Below, in pieces: positions 11,033 to 20,470 of a stretch of DNA of 64,000 bases; positions within the stretch are counted from its first letter, which is position 1, and the number at the start of each line of letters is the position of its first letter. The position numbers were made by a program, and so were the translations under genes. The stretch covers positions 3,840,001 through 3,904,000 of the forward strand of contig OZ255836.1 of the NCBI GenBank assembly GCA_965277715.1, written 5' to 3'. The notes beneath the pieces were generated by a model. The model searched no databases and was not told the DNA's origin. It worked only from the letters and a program-made list of their open reading frames with translations. The stretch is from Gammaproteobacteria bacterium. GTDB lineage: Bacteria; Pseudomonadota; Gammaproteobacteria; JBCCGL01.

Positions 11033-11257
11033 CGTTATGGCCTTCTATAAGTTTATCCTCCTCTTTGTTCGTCCCGTAGGTAATTTGAATTATTTTACTG
11101 AGATAAAAGTGCATCTTTTATAGCAGATAATTTCCACTCGATTATCTGTGGTGGTTTGTTCTGATAAAGAAATATTTTTATAGAGAGAACAACAATTTAA
11201 TATTCTCTCTATTGCAGTCGCGTAAATTTAAAAAGTGTCTTAATTTTTAGAAGCGCC

Positions 11258-14137
11258 TTAAGGTGTGTGTGTTATAGGGCGGGTCGCTTGGGTGGCGGCG
11301 TTACCAGCGGCATCCGCTACGTCGGCGGTTACCGTCGTGGCAGCAGGCAGAGCTTGAACGTTCAGTGCAGGTACAGTAACACTCCAGGCGCCATTGTTTA
11401 CCGGGCCTGTGTAGTTAACGCCATTCAAACCGACAGTTACTGTCTGTCCATTTTCTGCAGTGGAAAGACCAGAAATAACAATATCATTATCATCTTCGGT
11501 GGCATTGATGTCATCATTACCTGCAATAACAGCAATTGAAATGGTCGGGGGTGTTGTGTCGGGAAGTATATGTGTTAAAAAGCGAACTGCCTGGGTGGCG
11601 GCGTTACCAGAAACATCTGTCACATCGGCTGTTACCGTCGTGGCAGCAGGCAAAGCCTGGGCGTCGAGTGCAGGTACAGTAACGCTCCAGGCGCCATTGT
11701 TTACCGTGCCTGTGTAGTTAACGCCATTTAACCCGACAGTTACCATTCGTCCGTTTTCTGCATTGGAAGTACCAGCAATGATAATATCATTATCATCTTC
11801 GGTGGTATCAATTTCATTATTACCTGCAATAACAGCAATTGAAATGGTCGGGGGTGTTGTATCGGGAGGAGTGCCGGTAAATAGCCATGTGATAGTTTCG
11901 GTAGTGTTGTTGGGAAAGGTAACCAACAACTCTAATCTTACATTGGTTGACGTCACATTACCGAGCGTTAGGTTAAATCCGCCAGTTGGGCCATCTGCAC
12001 ACAAGTTATTGGTGTTTAATGTGATAGCTGTTAGGCTATTAGTTATATCAGCACCGGTTGAACTAAAAGCCAACGTCGTTCCAAAGGGTAAGGGATTGCC
12101 CATGTAAGCTGTGCCCACTGTAGTGGTGCAAGTATCTGTTGAAGATGGCGACGACAGTATATTGTTAGAGTTAACGCCTAAGTTACCATCAGAGAGGAAC
12201 AACCCACTAAAGGTTGTTCCAGTACCAATAGCGGTGATAGGACCTGAAGGATTAGGGAAAGTACCAAGTACAGCAGTAGTCACTCGATTGAGGGGCATGG
12301 CAATAATGATTTGTCTTCCGACAAAAATCGTTTCCGGTACACCAACCATATTAGAGCTGCATACTGCATTGGGATATCCTTCTTGCAAGCAAGGGCCATT
12401 CCAGAAATCATCTCCATTAGCGTCATAGGTTGAATTGTTATTAATATCCCTAAACGGTTCTCCTGAGTCATACGTTCTGTTTTCATTTTCATCGGCGTAC
12501 AGCTCGGGTAAATCATCAAAGACTATAGGTCTATCATCAGTTGGGTTTGTTGCATTGTCAGCGCCAGAATCTTCAAGTACACCATTACCATTGCGATCAA
12601 TAAAACGCTCGATACCGGGTGTGAACGCCAATAAAGTAACCCGATTATCCGGTGGTCTGGTACCTGAACTTCGCCATGTCGTTGAACACTGTCCATTGGT
12701 AGTAGTACAGAACGAGGGGCTAATCAGCCCGATTTCGCCCGTGATAAAGCTGATTAATGTGCCATCTGGCACCTGGTTACCAAACTGATCGGTTGCAATA
12801 ACACCTAATGTGACCGCTATTCCATCGGTGTTAAATGCTTGTGCAGGGCGGTTAGACCCTATTGATATAGAAAAATTATCAGATACAACCCGTCCTGTTG
12901 AAACGGCAATACCGATCGATGAACCCTGTAACTGAGAGGTTGGGTGGGTCGCGATAACTTGCAGTGAAGTGGCCAGGGTACCACTTTGTACAACCGTGCT
13001 GACATCGCCACTGGCATTAGATAAACCGCTCTCTCTATTGATGGCTATGCGGGCGCCGCCGGTATTGGGAGAGGTGGAGGTGAGGGTGAAATTAACCATC
13101 TGATTAATGACAGGAAGGCCGGAACTGTTTAATACCCTAAAAGTGACTGTAGAGGTTTGTGATCCATTGCCCAGTCCAGATATGCTTAACTGTGTAGGGG
13201 TTGCAGAAATAAACCTCACTTCGCCAATAGCGGAAGCCGTATGGTTTATAGTAACAGTGGCCGTTGCACCGCTTTCTCCAACTCTGGCAGTAATAATATC
13301 ATTCCCTACGCAACCATTTGCAGCGTAGTTAACCGAGGCTGTACCACTGGTTGTCGTGATGAGATTACTGTTGAGTGTTGCTGTTCCGTCAGTTAAGCAC
13401 TGCGAGGAAAATGAAACTGTCTGTGATGAAGTAATTAGGCTGTTGCTATTATTAGCATCGACCAGACTCAATGAGATAACGCTACTGCTGGTGGGTGGGT
13501 TTAAATTGGGGTTCAGGGTGGTCAGGCTGGCGGCAAGCTGACCCGACACAAAATTATTGCCTGTGCCATTGCCAATTACTGCGACAGTTGCTGCTGCAGA
13601 GACAGTGAGGGTGACAGTCGCTGTGAGTGTTGTGCCACCAGAGACTACACTGGCTGTCACGATATCGTTACCGACACAGCCAGCGGCGGTGTAGACGACC
13701 GAGGCGACACCTGTGGTTGTGGTAACGCTGGGGTTATCTAAATTTGCTGTATTGCTGGTAATACAAGGAGAACTAAAAGTAACAATTTGTGATGGTGAGG
13801 TGATAGCCACACCGTTATTATTAACTAGGTTGGCGGTAATCGTTGTACTGGCCCCAGCTGCCAAACTGGTTTGGGTTGCTGCCAGCGCGCCTGCAGTAAA
13901 GCCGGCACCTGAGCCATTACCGATTCGCAATGTGGTTGTCCCTGAGGTGGGTGTCCCTGCTACTGGGGTAGTTGATCCTGTGTTGTTATCACTGAATCCA
14001 CTCGTGCCACCGCCACCACCACCACCGCCACAAGCAGTTAGGCATAACATCAAAAAAAACAGTGCGGTGTAACGCAAAGCAGCAGTGGTATCGGTCAATA
14101 CGGTCTTCAGATTGACCTTGATTGGGTAGGTTATCAT
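11258..14137 (-). CDS. Large surface lipoprotein with Ig-like (invasin/Big-type) domains; putative adhesin
   Basis: Lipobox LTAC followed by a Gly tract; Thr/Ser/Asn-rich beta repeats; DxNxNGxxD-type Ca-binding loops; two C-terminal 101-aa repeats. Confidence 0.75.
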   Translation of the reverse strand: MITYPIKVNLKTVLTDTTAALRYTALFFLMLCLTACGGGGGGGGTSGFSDNNTGSTTPVAGTPTSGTTTLRIGNGSGAGFTAGALAATQTSLAAGASTTITANLVNNNGVAITSPSQIVTFSSPCITSNTANLDNPSVTTTTGVASVVYTAAGCVGNDIVTASVVSGGTTLTATVTLTVSAAATVAVIGNGTGNNFVSGQLAASLTTLNPNLNPPTSSSVISLSLVDANNSNSLITSSQTVSFSSQCLTDGTATLNSNLITTTSGTASVNYAANGCVGNDIITARVGESGATATVTINHTASAIGEVRFISATPTQLSISGLGNGSQTSTVTFRVLNSSGLPVINQMVNFTLTSTSPNTGGARIAINRESGLSNASGDVSTVVQSGTLATSLQVIATHPTSQLQGSSIGIAVSTGRVVSDNFSISIGSNRPAQAFNTDGIAVTLGVIATDQFGNQVPDGTLISFITGEIGLISPSFCTTTNGQCSTTWRSSGTRPPDNRVTLLAFTPGIERFIDRNGNGVLEDSGADNATNPTDDRPIVFDDLPELYADENENRTYDSGEPFRDINNNSTYDANGDDFWNGPCLQEGYPNAVCSSNMVGVPETIFVGRQIIIAMPLNRVTTAVLGTFPNPSGPITAIGTGTTFSGLFLSDGNLGVNSNNILSSPSSTDTCTTTVGTAYMGNPLPFGTTLAFSSTGADITNSLTAITLNTNNLCADGPTGGFNLTLGNVTSTNVRLELLVTFPNNTTETITWLFTGTPPDTTPPTISIAVIAGNNEIDTTEDDNDIIIAGTSNAENGRMVTVGLNGVNYTGTVNNGAWSVTVPALDAQALPAATTVTADVTDVSGNAATQAVRFLTHILPDTTPPTISIAVIAGNDDINATEDDNDIVISGLSTAENGQTVTVGLNGVNYTGPVNNGAWSVTVPALNVQALPAATTVTADVADAAGNAATQATRPITHTP
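11261..11866 (-). repeat. Tandem duplication of a 303-bp (101-aa) Ig-like domain
   Basis: GAAATGGTCGGGGGTGTTGT occurs at 11538 and 11841; both units read DTTPPTISIAVIAGN...GAWSVTVPAL...GNAATQA. Confidence 0.9.
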
Positions 14138-14549
14138 AGATTTATATGCCTCTATAGCGAGCGCGTTCCTGAGTTTCCGTGCAGTGTGCCAGTTTTAATA
14201 ATTAAAATGAAGTACTATTTATAGTCTATTGGTATTTATAGGTTTTTTTATATTTTTTCTAGAGTCGATGCTGGTATTTACCTATAGACCCACATGATCA
14301 GCGTTCAGTATTACATTATTAACCAAGATTACAGTGACGCATATTTATAATTCAGCCATCTACCCCATAATTTTAGCATCTCGTCAAAAAGTATTTTTTG
14401 TACGGCGTTATTTGATTAATCAACCACCAGGCGTAGAATCATTAATCAGGTGACAGTTTAGGTGATAACGCGTCGCCCAATAACTTTTTGCCTGCCAAAA
14501 CAGTGTGAGCGCTAATGCTTGACTGCCAAGTGCGCTTACGGATTGTTCT

Positions 14550-15755
14550 TTGTTAACCAAATCAGTAAAACCGTTATCAAGGGTTGAGTTCGTTACCTTG
14601 ATGGCGTTTATGACTTCATTTGTCGCACTATCCATCGACGCTATGCTGCCAGCATTGGCGGTAATTGGCGATGACCTCGGCGCACAGCAGGAGAATGACC
14701 GTCAATTGGTGCTTGGTGTATTGTTTCTGGGGATGGCGTTTGGGCAGTTTATCTGTGGGCCGATCTCCGATAGCGCTGGCCGCAAGCCGGTTGTTCTGGT
14801 GGGTGTGAGTGTCTTCGCTGTCGGTTGCTTAGTCAGTGCTTTTGCTGAGAGTTTTCCGGTTATGCTGATTGGGCGCTTTCTACAGGGTGTGGGAGCGGCG
14901 GCGCCGCGCAATGTTACGGTGGCGATGATCCGCGATTGCTACCAGGGCAATGCGATGGCACAAATCATGTCATTGATTATGGCGGTGTTTATTTTTGTCC
15001 CTATGGTGGCTCCTGCGCTCGGGCAGGGCATTTTGTGGCTGGCGGATTGGCGGGCCATCTTTTGGGTGTTACTGCTGTTGGCCGTTGGGGTACAGCTCTG
15101 GTTTTCATTGCGCCAACCGGAAACATTGTTGCCTGAAAAGCGCAGCACATTTTCTCTACAGCAGTTGTGGTGGGCGTTTCGTCAGGTGTGCTGCAACCGT
15201 ACAGCGATTGCTTATACGCTGGCGGCAAGCCTGGTGTTTGCGGCGTTTCTGGGCTATTTGATCTCGGCGCAGCAAATTTTGCAGGAGCAGTATCAGCTCG
15301 GTGATCAGTTTGCGCTTTATTTTGCATTAATTGCAGCATCACTTGGGTTGGCTTCATACGTTAACTCAAGGTGGGTGATGCGTTACGGGATGCAGTACTT
15401 AACCGTGCAGGCGTTAAAACTGCTCAGCGCGGTATCGTTGGTGTTTCTGTTTGTCGCCTATGGGTTTGATGGCCACCCCCCGTTTTGGTCACTGATTGTG
15501 TATTTTCTGATCGGCTTTTTCCCTATCGGCATTTTATTTGGCAATTTGAACGCACTGGCGATGGAACCGCTTGGCCATATCGCCGGTATGGCGGCGGCTG
15601 TTATCGGCTCGATTTCTACTTTTTTATCACTGCTGTTGGGCACACCGATAGGGCAGGCTTACAATGGTACGGTGATACCGATGGTGGCTGGCTTCGCGGT
15701 GTTGTGCTCATTGGCGATGGGGGTTTGTTTGTGGGTACAAAAAGCGCCTGATTGA
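14550..15755 (+). CDS. Bcr/CflA family MFS efflux transporter
   Basis: SIDAMLPAL, GPISDSAGRKPV, GRFLQG, 12 TM helices. Confidence 0.9.
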   Translation: MLTKSVKPLSRVEFVTLMAFMTSFVALSIDAMLPALAVIGDDLGAQQENDRQLVLGVLFLGMAFGQFICGPISDSAGRKPVVLVGVSVFAVGCLVSAFAESFPVMLIGRFLQGVGAAAPRNVTVAMIRDCYQGNAMAQIMSLIMAVFIFVPMVAPALGQGILWLADWRAIFWVLLLLAVGVQLWFSLRQPETLLPEKRSTFSLQQLWWAFRQVCCNRTAIAYTLAASLVFAAFLGYLISAQQILQEQYQLGDQFALYFALIAASLGLASYVNSRWVMRYGMQYLTVQALKLLSAVSLVFLFVAYGFDGHPPFWSLIVYFLIGFFPIGILFGNLNALAMEPLGHIAGMAAAVIGSISTFLSLLLGTPIGQAYNGTVIPMVAGFAVLCSLAMGVCLWVQKAPD

Positions 15756-15785
15756 GAACACCCCTCTAGGTTTTTGGGAGTATTT

Positions 15786-16793
15786 ATGAGTAATAACGAT
15801 AGTTACGATTACCAAAAAAACCAGGATGCGTTTATGAACGCCCTGTATTGGTATGGTATTCCCACTTTATTTCGCGCCCCACACAATCCTGACCCGCGTG
15901 AATGTGATATTGCTTTGGTGGGGGTTCCGCACAGCACTGGCAATGGCACTACCGAGCGCGATCAACACCTGGGGCCGCGTGCGGTGCGCGATGTCTCGGC
16001 AAATGGTCGGCGCGTGCATATGAAATTCGAGCTGGACCCGTGGAACACCTGTCGTATTAATGATTTGGGCGATGTGCCGCTGACCCATGCCAACGACAAT
16101 GAAAAATCCATCGAGCATATTACCGAGTACTACCGGCATATCGATGCGGCGGGCGCCAGGCCGGTGTCTGTCGGTGGTGATCACTCGGTGACTGGCGGTA
16201 TTTTGCAGGCGCTCGGCGGGCCGACGTCGACCCTTACCCAGGGTGAAAAAGCCTGTATTTTGCATTTCGATGCACACACTGATTGCTTTAGTAATATGAA
16301 GCATTTTCTCGGTGCGAAAAAATCTGCCGCCCACTGGGCCTCGTATCTGGTGCGTGATGGCCATGTCGATGCGCACCACAGTGTACAAATCGGTATTCGC
16401 GGCAATGCGCGCACGTTGGACTGGTTAAAGCCCAGCTATGAGCATGGTTACGAAGTGATTACGATGGATCGCTACAATGAAATTGGCGCGCAAAAAAGTA
16501 TCGATATTATTCAAAACCGCATCGGTGGCCGGCCTTTATATATCACCTTCGATCTGGATTGCCTCGACCCATCAGTGGCGCCGGGGGTGTCTAATATTGA
16601 GGCCGGTTGTAATGGTTTTATGGTCGATCAGGTGATGCAGTTGTTGCAGTGCGTGCGCGGTTGTAATGTTATTGGTGGGGATGTGGTGTGTTTGATTCCG
16701 ACTAAAGACAGTCCGAATAAAATTACTTCAATGGTGGCGATGGCGGTTATGTTTGAAATTATCAGTTTGATTGCTGATGGGAAAAGTCGGTAG
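15786..16793 (+). CDS. Agmatinase/ureohydrolase family protein
   Basis: GGDHS, DAHTD and DLDCLD Mn-ligand motifs. SD GGAG precedes the ATG at 15786. Confidence 0.88.
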   Translation: MSNNDSYDYQKNQDAFMNALYWYGIPTLFRAPHNPDPRECDIALVGVPHSTGNGTTERDQHLGPRAVRDVSANGRRVHMKFELDPWNTCRINDLGDVPLTHANDNEKSIEHITEYYRHIDAAGARPVSVGGDHSVTGGILQALGGPTSTLTQGEKACILHFDAHTDCFSNMKHFLGAKKSAAHWASYLVRDGHVDAHHSVQIGIRGNARTLDWLKPSYEHGYEVITMDRYNEIGAQKSIDIIQNRIGGRPLYITFDLDCLDPSVAPGVSNIEAGCNGFMVDQVMQLLQCVRGCNVIGGDVVCLIPTKDSPNKITSMVAMAVMFEIISLIADGKSR

Positions 16794-16888
16794 TTTGCTG
16801 TGCTGTCAAATCTGCGTTTGCTTAGGCGTGGTGTTTGACAGCGAAGCCATAAAACCAAGTGTGACTGCTTTTTCTCATAAAGAGGGAG

Positions 16889-18370
16889 TTATATGGTTTC
16901 ACTCGCGGTGTTTTGGTGTTTTTCTTTCATCGACCGGCCAATGCGCAGTACACTCGCCACCAAGCCTTCTATATGTTCGGCCCGCGTGGCGTGGTTAATA
17001 ATGCAAACCCGCAAAACCGGCCTGCCATTTACCTGTGTGGCGGACATTAAGTAATCGCCCTCTAGCTGGATTTGGTCACGAATGCCGGTATTGATGGCGT
17101 CGATGCGTGCGTCACTCAAGCCTGGCGTAGTAAAGCGATAACACAGAATTGATAGCTGCGGTGCGGTGATCAGTTCAAGGTTATCTTCCCGCCGGATAAG
17201 ATCCGCCAAGTAGTCAGCGCATTGCACGTTGTGCAGGGCGTTGCGCCCCAGGCGCTCAATGCCGTAATGCCGTAATGCCAGGTAAAAAGGCAGGGCGCGA
17301 AAACGCCGGGATAATTCCGGACTGATATGGAAAAACATGTATTGCTCAGGAGAAGTGTCGCCACCCGCCTGTAGATAGTCCGGGTTGTCATAAAACAGTG
17401 TGCGTGCGGCGTTGGCATCGCGGTATAGCAGTACACTGCCATCCAGCGATTGAAAAAACCACTTGTGCAAATCCATCACCACCGAATCGGCGTGCTCGAT
17501 GCCCTTATAACGTGATCGTAGCGTCTGGGATAACAACCCCCCGCCACCGTAAGCGGCGTCTACATGCAGCCATACGCCGTGTTCTTTGCACAGTGTGGCG
17601 ATGCTGTCGAGTGGATCGATAGCACCGGTATTGGTCGTGCCCGCACTGGCGACAACGCAAACCACATTCGCGTGCTGTGCCAAGGCTTCAGCCAGTTTAT
17701 CGGGCTGCATACAAAACTGCGCATCGGTCGCCACGGCAATCACGTTATCTGTACCGATACCCAGCATCGCCGCTGCACGTCGAATCGAAAAGTGGGCCGC
17801 CTGTGAGCAGATCACCACCGGTGAAGACGGCTGGCTAAATGCCTGCAAGCCTTTTTGACGATAAGCAACGCCAAACTTTTTTGCCAGGGCGCTGGCGATG
17901 CCTGTGGTATTCCCCAGCGAACCACCACTGAGTAAAACCCCTTCCGCCTCTGCGGGAAAACCGGCTAAATCGGCCAGCCAGCCAATCACCGTTCGCTCAA
18001 TCGTCGTGCCAACCGGGGATGACCAATAACCGCCCACATTTTCGTTGAGCGCCGCAACCATCGCGTGGGCCAGCGGGTCGGTGGGCATGCCTGAGGGTGC
18101 CACCCAGCCGAAAAAACCGGGGTGAGTATTACGGCGCGGGCATTGATTGTTGGCATGTGTAATCTGCGCCACGAGGTCATCGAGTGTATCGCCACCCTGT
18201 GGGTAGCGGGTATCCACCAGCGCCGCGACATCAACGGCGCGGGAAGGGCGGAGAATCGGCGACAGTGCACGTTGTGCCAACAGCGGCGACAACGCGGTAT
18301 TGAGGTCGATATCGGCGGTGTGGGTCAAATCGTCGGCGGGGTCGAGGTGGGGGCGGGGTGGGCTTGTCAT
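16889..18370 (-). CDS. Group II PLP-dependent amino-acid decarboxylase
   Basis: HPGFFG, SGGS.GN, AGTTNTGAIDPL, HVDAAYGG, DLHKW (PLP lysine). Confidence 0.9.
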   Translation of the reverse strand: MTSPPRPHLDPADDLTHTADIDLNTALSPLLAQRALSPILRPSRAVDVAALVDTRYPQGGDTLDDLVAQITHANNQCPRRNTHPGFFGWVAPSGMPTDPLAHAMVAALNENVGGYWSSPVGTTIERTVIGWLADLAGFPAEAEGVLLSGGSLGNTTGIASALAKKFGVAYRQKGLQAFSQPSSPVVICSQAAHFSIRRAAAMLGIGTDNVIAVATDAQFCMQPDKLAEALAQHANVVCVVASAGTTNTGAIDPLDSIATLCKEHGVWLHVDAAYGGGGLLSQTLRSRYKGIEHADSVVMDLHKWFFQSLDGSVLLYRDANAARTLFYDNPDYLQAGGDTSPEQYMFFHISPELSRRFRALPFYLALRHYGIERLGRNALHNVQCADYLADLIRREDNLELITAPQLSILCYRFTTPGLSDARIDAINTGIRDQIQLEGDYLMSATQVNGRPVLRVCIINHATRAEHIEGLVASVLRIGRSMKEKHQNTASETI

Positions 18371-18509
18371 TGGCGTTATCTTCTGGTTTTCTATGGGCGT
18401 GGTTTGAGTGCATCATTGTAATCGATCAATTTCATTGAAAACAGCTTCACTGAAGGTTGGCATTGGCCACGCCGCTCTCCATTCACCTCTTATTCGGGAT
18501 AGAAAACTG

Positions 18510-19397
18510 ATGATAAAAAACCCTGTGCCCTGGCCAAACAATGCCAAATGTGCGGTTGCCTTCACCTTCGATATGGATGCCGATAGCCTGATTCATTTGG
18601 AACACCCAAAAACGGCGCACCGGAGAGTCTCGGCTATTTCCATGTTGCGCTATGGCCCGGAAGTGGCGATTGCCCGCATCCTCGAAACCTACCGTGAATA
18701 CAATATGCAGCAAACTTTTTACGTACCCGCCTGGTGTATTGAACAGTACACCGATGCGGTAAAAGCAATGGTCGATGGCGGGCACGAAGTCGCCCACCAC
18801 GGCTATATCCACGAAAACCCCAATGTCCTGCCGCCGGATGAAGAAAGGCACTGGTTACAGCGTGGCATCAGCGTTATCGAAAATGTGACGGGTCAGCGCC
18901 CGCGTGGGTGGCGGGCGCCGCTCTACAATTTTTCAGATGCCTCCGTCGATTTACTGATCGACGAAGGATTTCGTTACGACGCCTCCCTAATGGGTGATGA
19001 CGTACCGTATATATTGAAAACCGATAAAGGTCAGTTAATCGAACTACCTTCCTACTGGGGTATGGATGACTGGCCACAGTTTGTGCATTCGATCGATTTA
19101 AATTACACGATGCCGCTTCAGTCCCCATCGCGGGGGATGGATGTATTCCGCGAAGAATTCGATTCCATGTACAAACACGGTGGGTTGTGGGTCACCGTTT
19201 GGCATCCGTTTGCCTCCGGGCGATTGGCGCGCTGGGAAAAAGTCATCGAACTGATTGACTATATGAACAGCAAAGGTGATGTGTGGTTTGCGCGTATGGA
19301 AGACATTGCCGCGCATGTTCAAGCATGCATTGATGACGGCAGCTATGTGCCGCGTGTCGACGCCCTGCTGTATTATTCAGGGCCAGTGGAAATATAA
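18510..19397 (+). CDS. Polysaccharide deacetylase family (CE4, PuuE/PgdA-like)
   Basis: TFDMD, HEVAHHGYIHE, GWRAP, YDASLMGDD, WHP. Start reassigned to MIKNPVPWP. Confidence 0.88.
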   Translation: MIKNPVPWPNNAKCAVAFTFDMDADSLIHLEHPKTAHRRVSAISMLRYGPEVAIARILETYREYNMQQTFYVPAWCIEQYTDAVKAMVDGGHEVAHHGYIHENPNVLPPDEERHWLQRGISVIENVTGQRPRGWRAPLYNFSDASVDLLIDEGFRYDASLMGDDVPYILKTDKGQLIELPSYWGMDDWPQFVHSIDLNYTMPLQSPSRGMDVFREEFDSMYKHGGLWVTVWHPFASGRLARWEKVIELIDYMNSKGDVWFARMEDIAAHVQACIDDGSYVPRVDALLYYSGPVEI

Positions 19398-19429
19398 GTA
19401 TTTTTAATTCAACTTTAACTTATACAGGC

Positions 19430-19457
19430 TTGCCTTAATCGATTTAGGGTCTACAAT
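19430..19457 (+). promoter_or_regulatory. Candidate sigma70 promoter of the cas operon
   Basis: TTGCCT-16 bp-TACAAT, ending about 55 bp upstream of cas1. Confidence 0.35.
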
Positions 19458-19510
19458 TTAAAGTAACAGGCCGTTGAAGCCTGATTATCATTTTAAAAAA
19501 AGGCAAATAA

Positions 19511-20470
19511 ATGGAACAACTGACGGATTTAAAGGCGATACTGCACTCCAAGCGAGCGAATATCTATTACCTGGAAAAATGCCGTGTAATGCAAAAAGAC
19601 GGCAGGGTGCTTTACCTCACCGAGGCGAAAAATGAAAACCAGTATTGGAATATCCCTATTGCCAATACCACGGTAATCTTATTAGGCACGGGTACATCAA
19701 TCACGCAAGCGGCGGTAAGAATGCTGGCGTCGGCGGGGGTGTTGATCGGTTTTAGTGGTAGCGGTGCGACACCGCTGTTGGCCGCCAGTGAGGTTGAATG
19801 GCTATCGCCCCAAAGTGAATACCGCCCCACTGAGTATATTCAGGGTTGGATGTCATTTTGGTTTGATGGTGAAAAACGCCTGCAAGCCGCCAAGCAGCTT
19901 CAACAGGCGCGTATTCAGTTCTTAGCGGGTGTCTGGTCAAAAGATAAAGACCTGAAAGCAGAGGGTTTTTACCTCGATGATAAGGATATTACCCATGCCT
20001 TCAAAGACATCACCACTAAGATTGATGCCGCCCCTAAAGTCAGTGACTTATTGAATACCGAAGCCCTGCTAACCAAACAACTGTACAAAATTGCAGCAAA
20101 CCGCACGCAGTACGGTGATTTTGTACGCGAGCGGGAGGCAGAAGACACCGCCAATGCCTTTCTCAATCACGGCAACTACCTGGCGTATGGGTTGGCTGCC
20201 AGCACTTTATGGGTGCTTGGCATCCCTCACGGTTTTGCGGTTATGCACGGTAAAACCCGGCGAGGTGCATTGGTATTCGATGTCGCGGACTTGATTAAAG
20301 ATGCACTGGTGTTGCCCTGGGCGTTTATCTGTGCCAGAGAAAAAGCGACGGAGCAGGAATTTCGACAGCAGTGCCTGCAAGCGTTTACCCAGCACAAGGC
20401 GTTGGATTTTATGTTTGAAGCGGTGAAAAACATCGCCTTAAAAGCCGCTTGGGAAGGTGACACCCCATGA
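19511..20470 (+). CDS. cas1: Type I-F CRISPR-associated endonuclease Cas1
   Basis: LHSKRANIYYLEKCRV, YWNIPIANT, EYRPTEY, NHGNYLAYG, HGKTRRGALVFDVAD. Confidence 0.97.
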   Translation: MEQLTDLKAILHSKRANIYYLEKCRVMQKDGRVLYLTEAKNENQYWNIPIANTTVILLGTGTSITQAAVRMLASAGVLIGFSGSGATPLLAASEVEWLSPQSEYRPTEYIQGWMSFWFDGEKRLQAAKQLQQARIQFLAGVWSKDKDLKAEGFYLDDKDITHAFKDITTKIDAAPKVSDLLNTEALLTKQLYKIAANRTQYGDFVREREAEDTANAFLNHGNYLAYGLAASTLWVLGIPHGFAVMHGKTRRGALVFDVADLIKDALVLPWAFICAREKATEQEFRQQCLQAFTQHKALDFMFEAVKNIALKAAWEGDTP

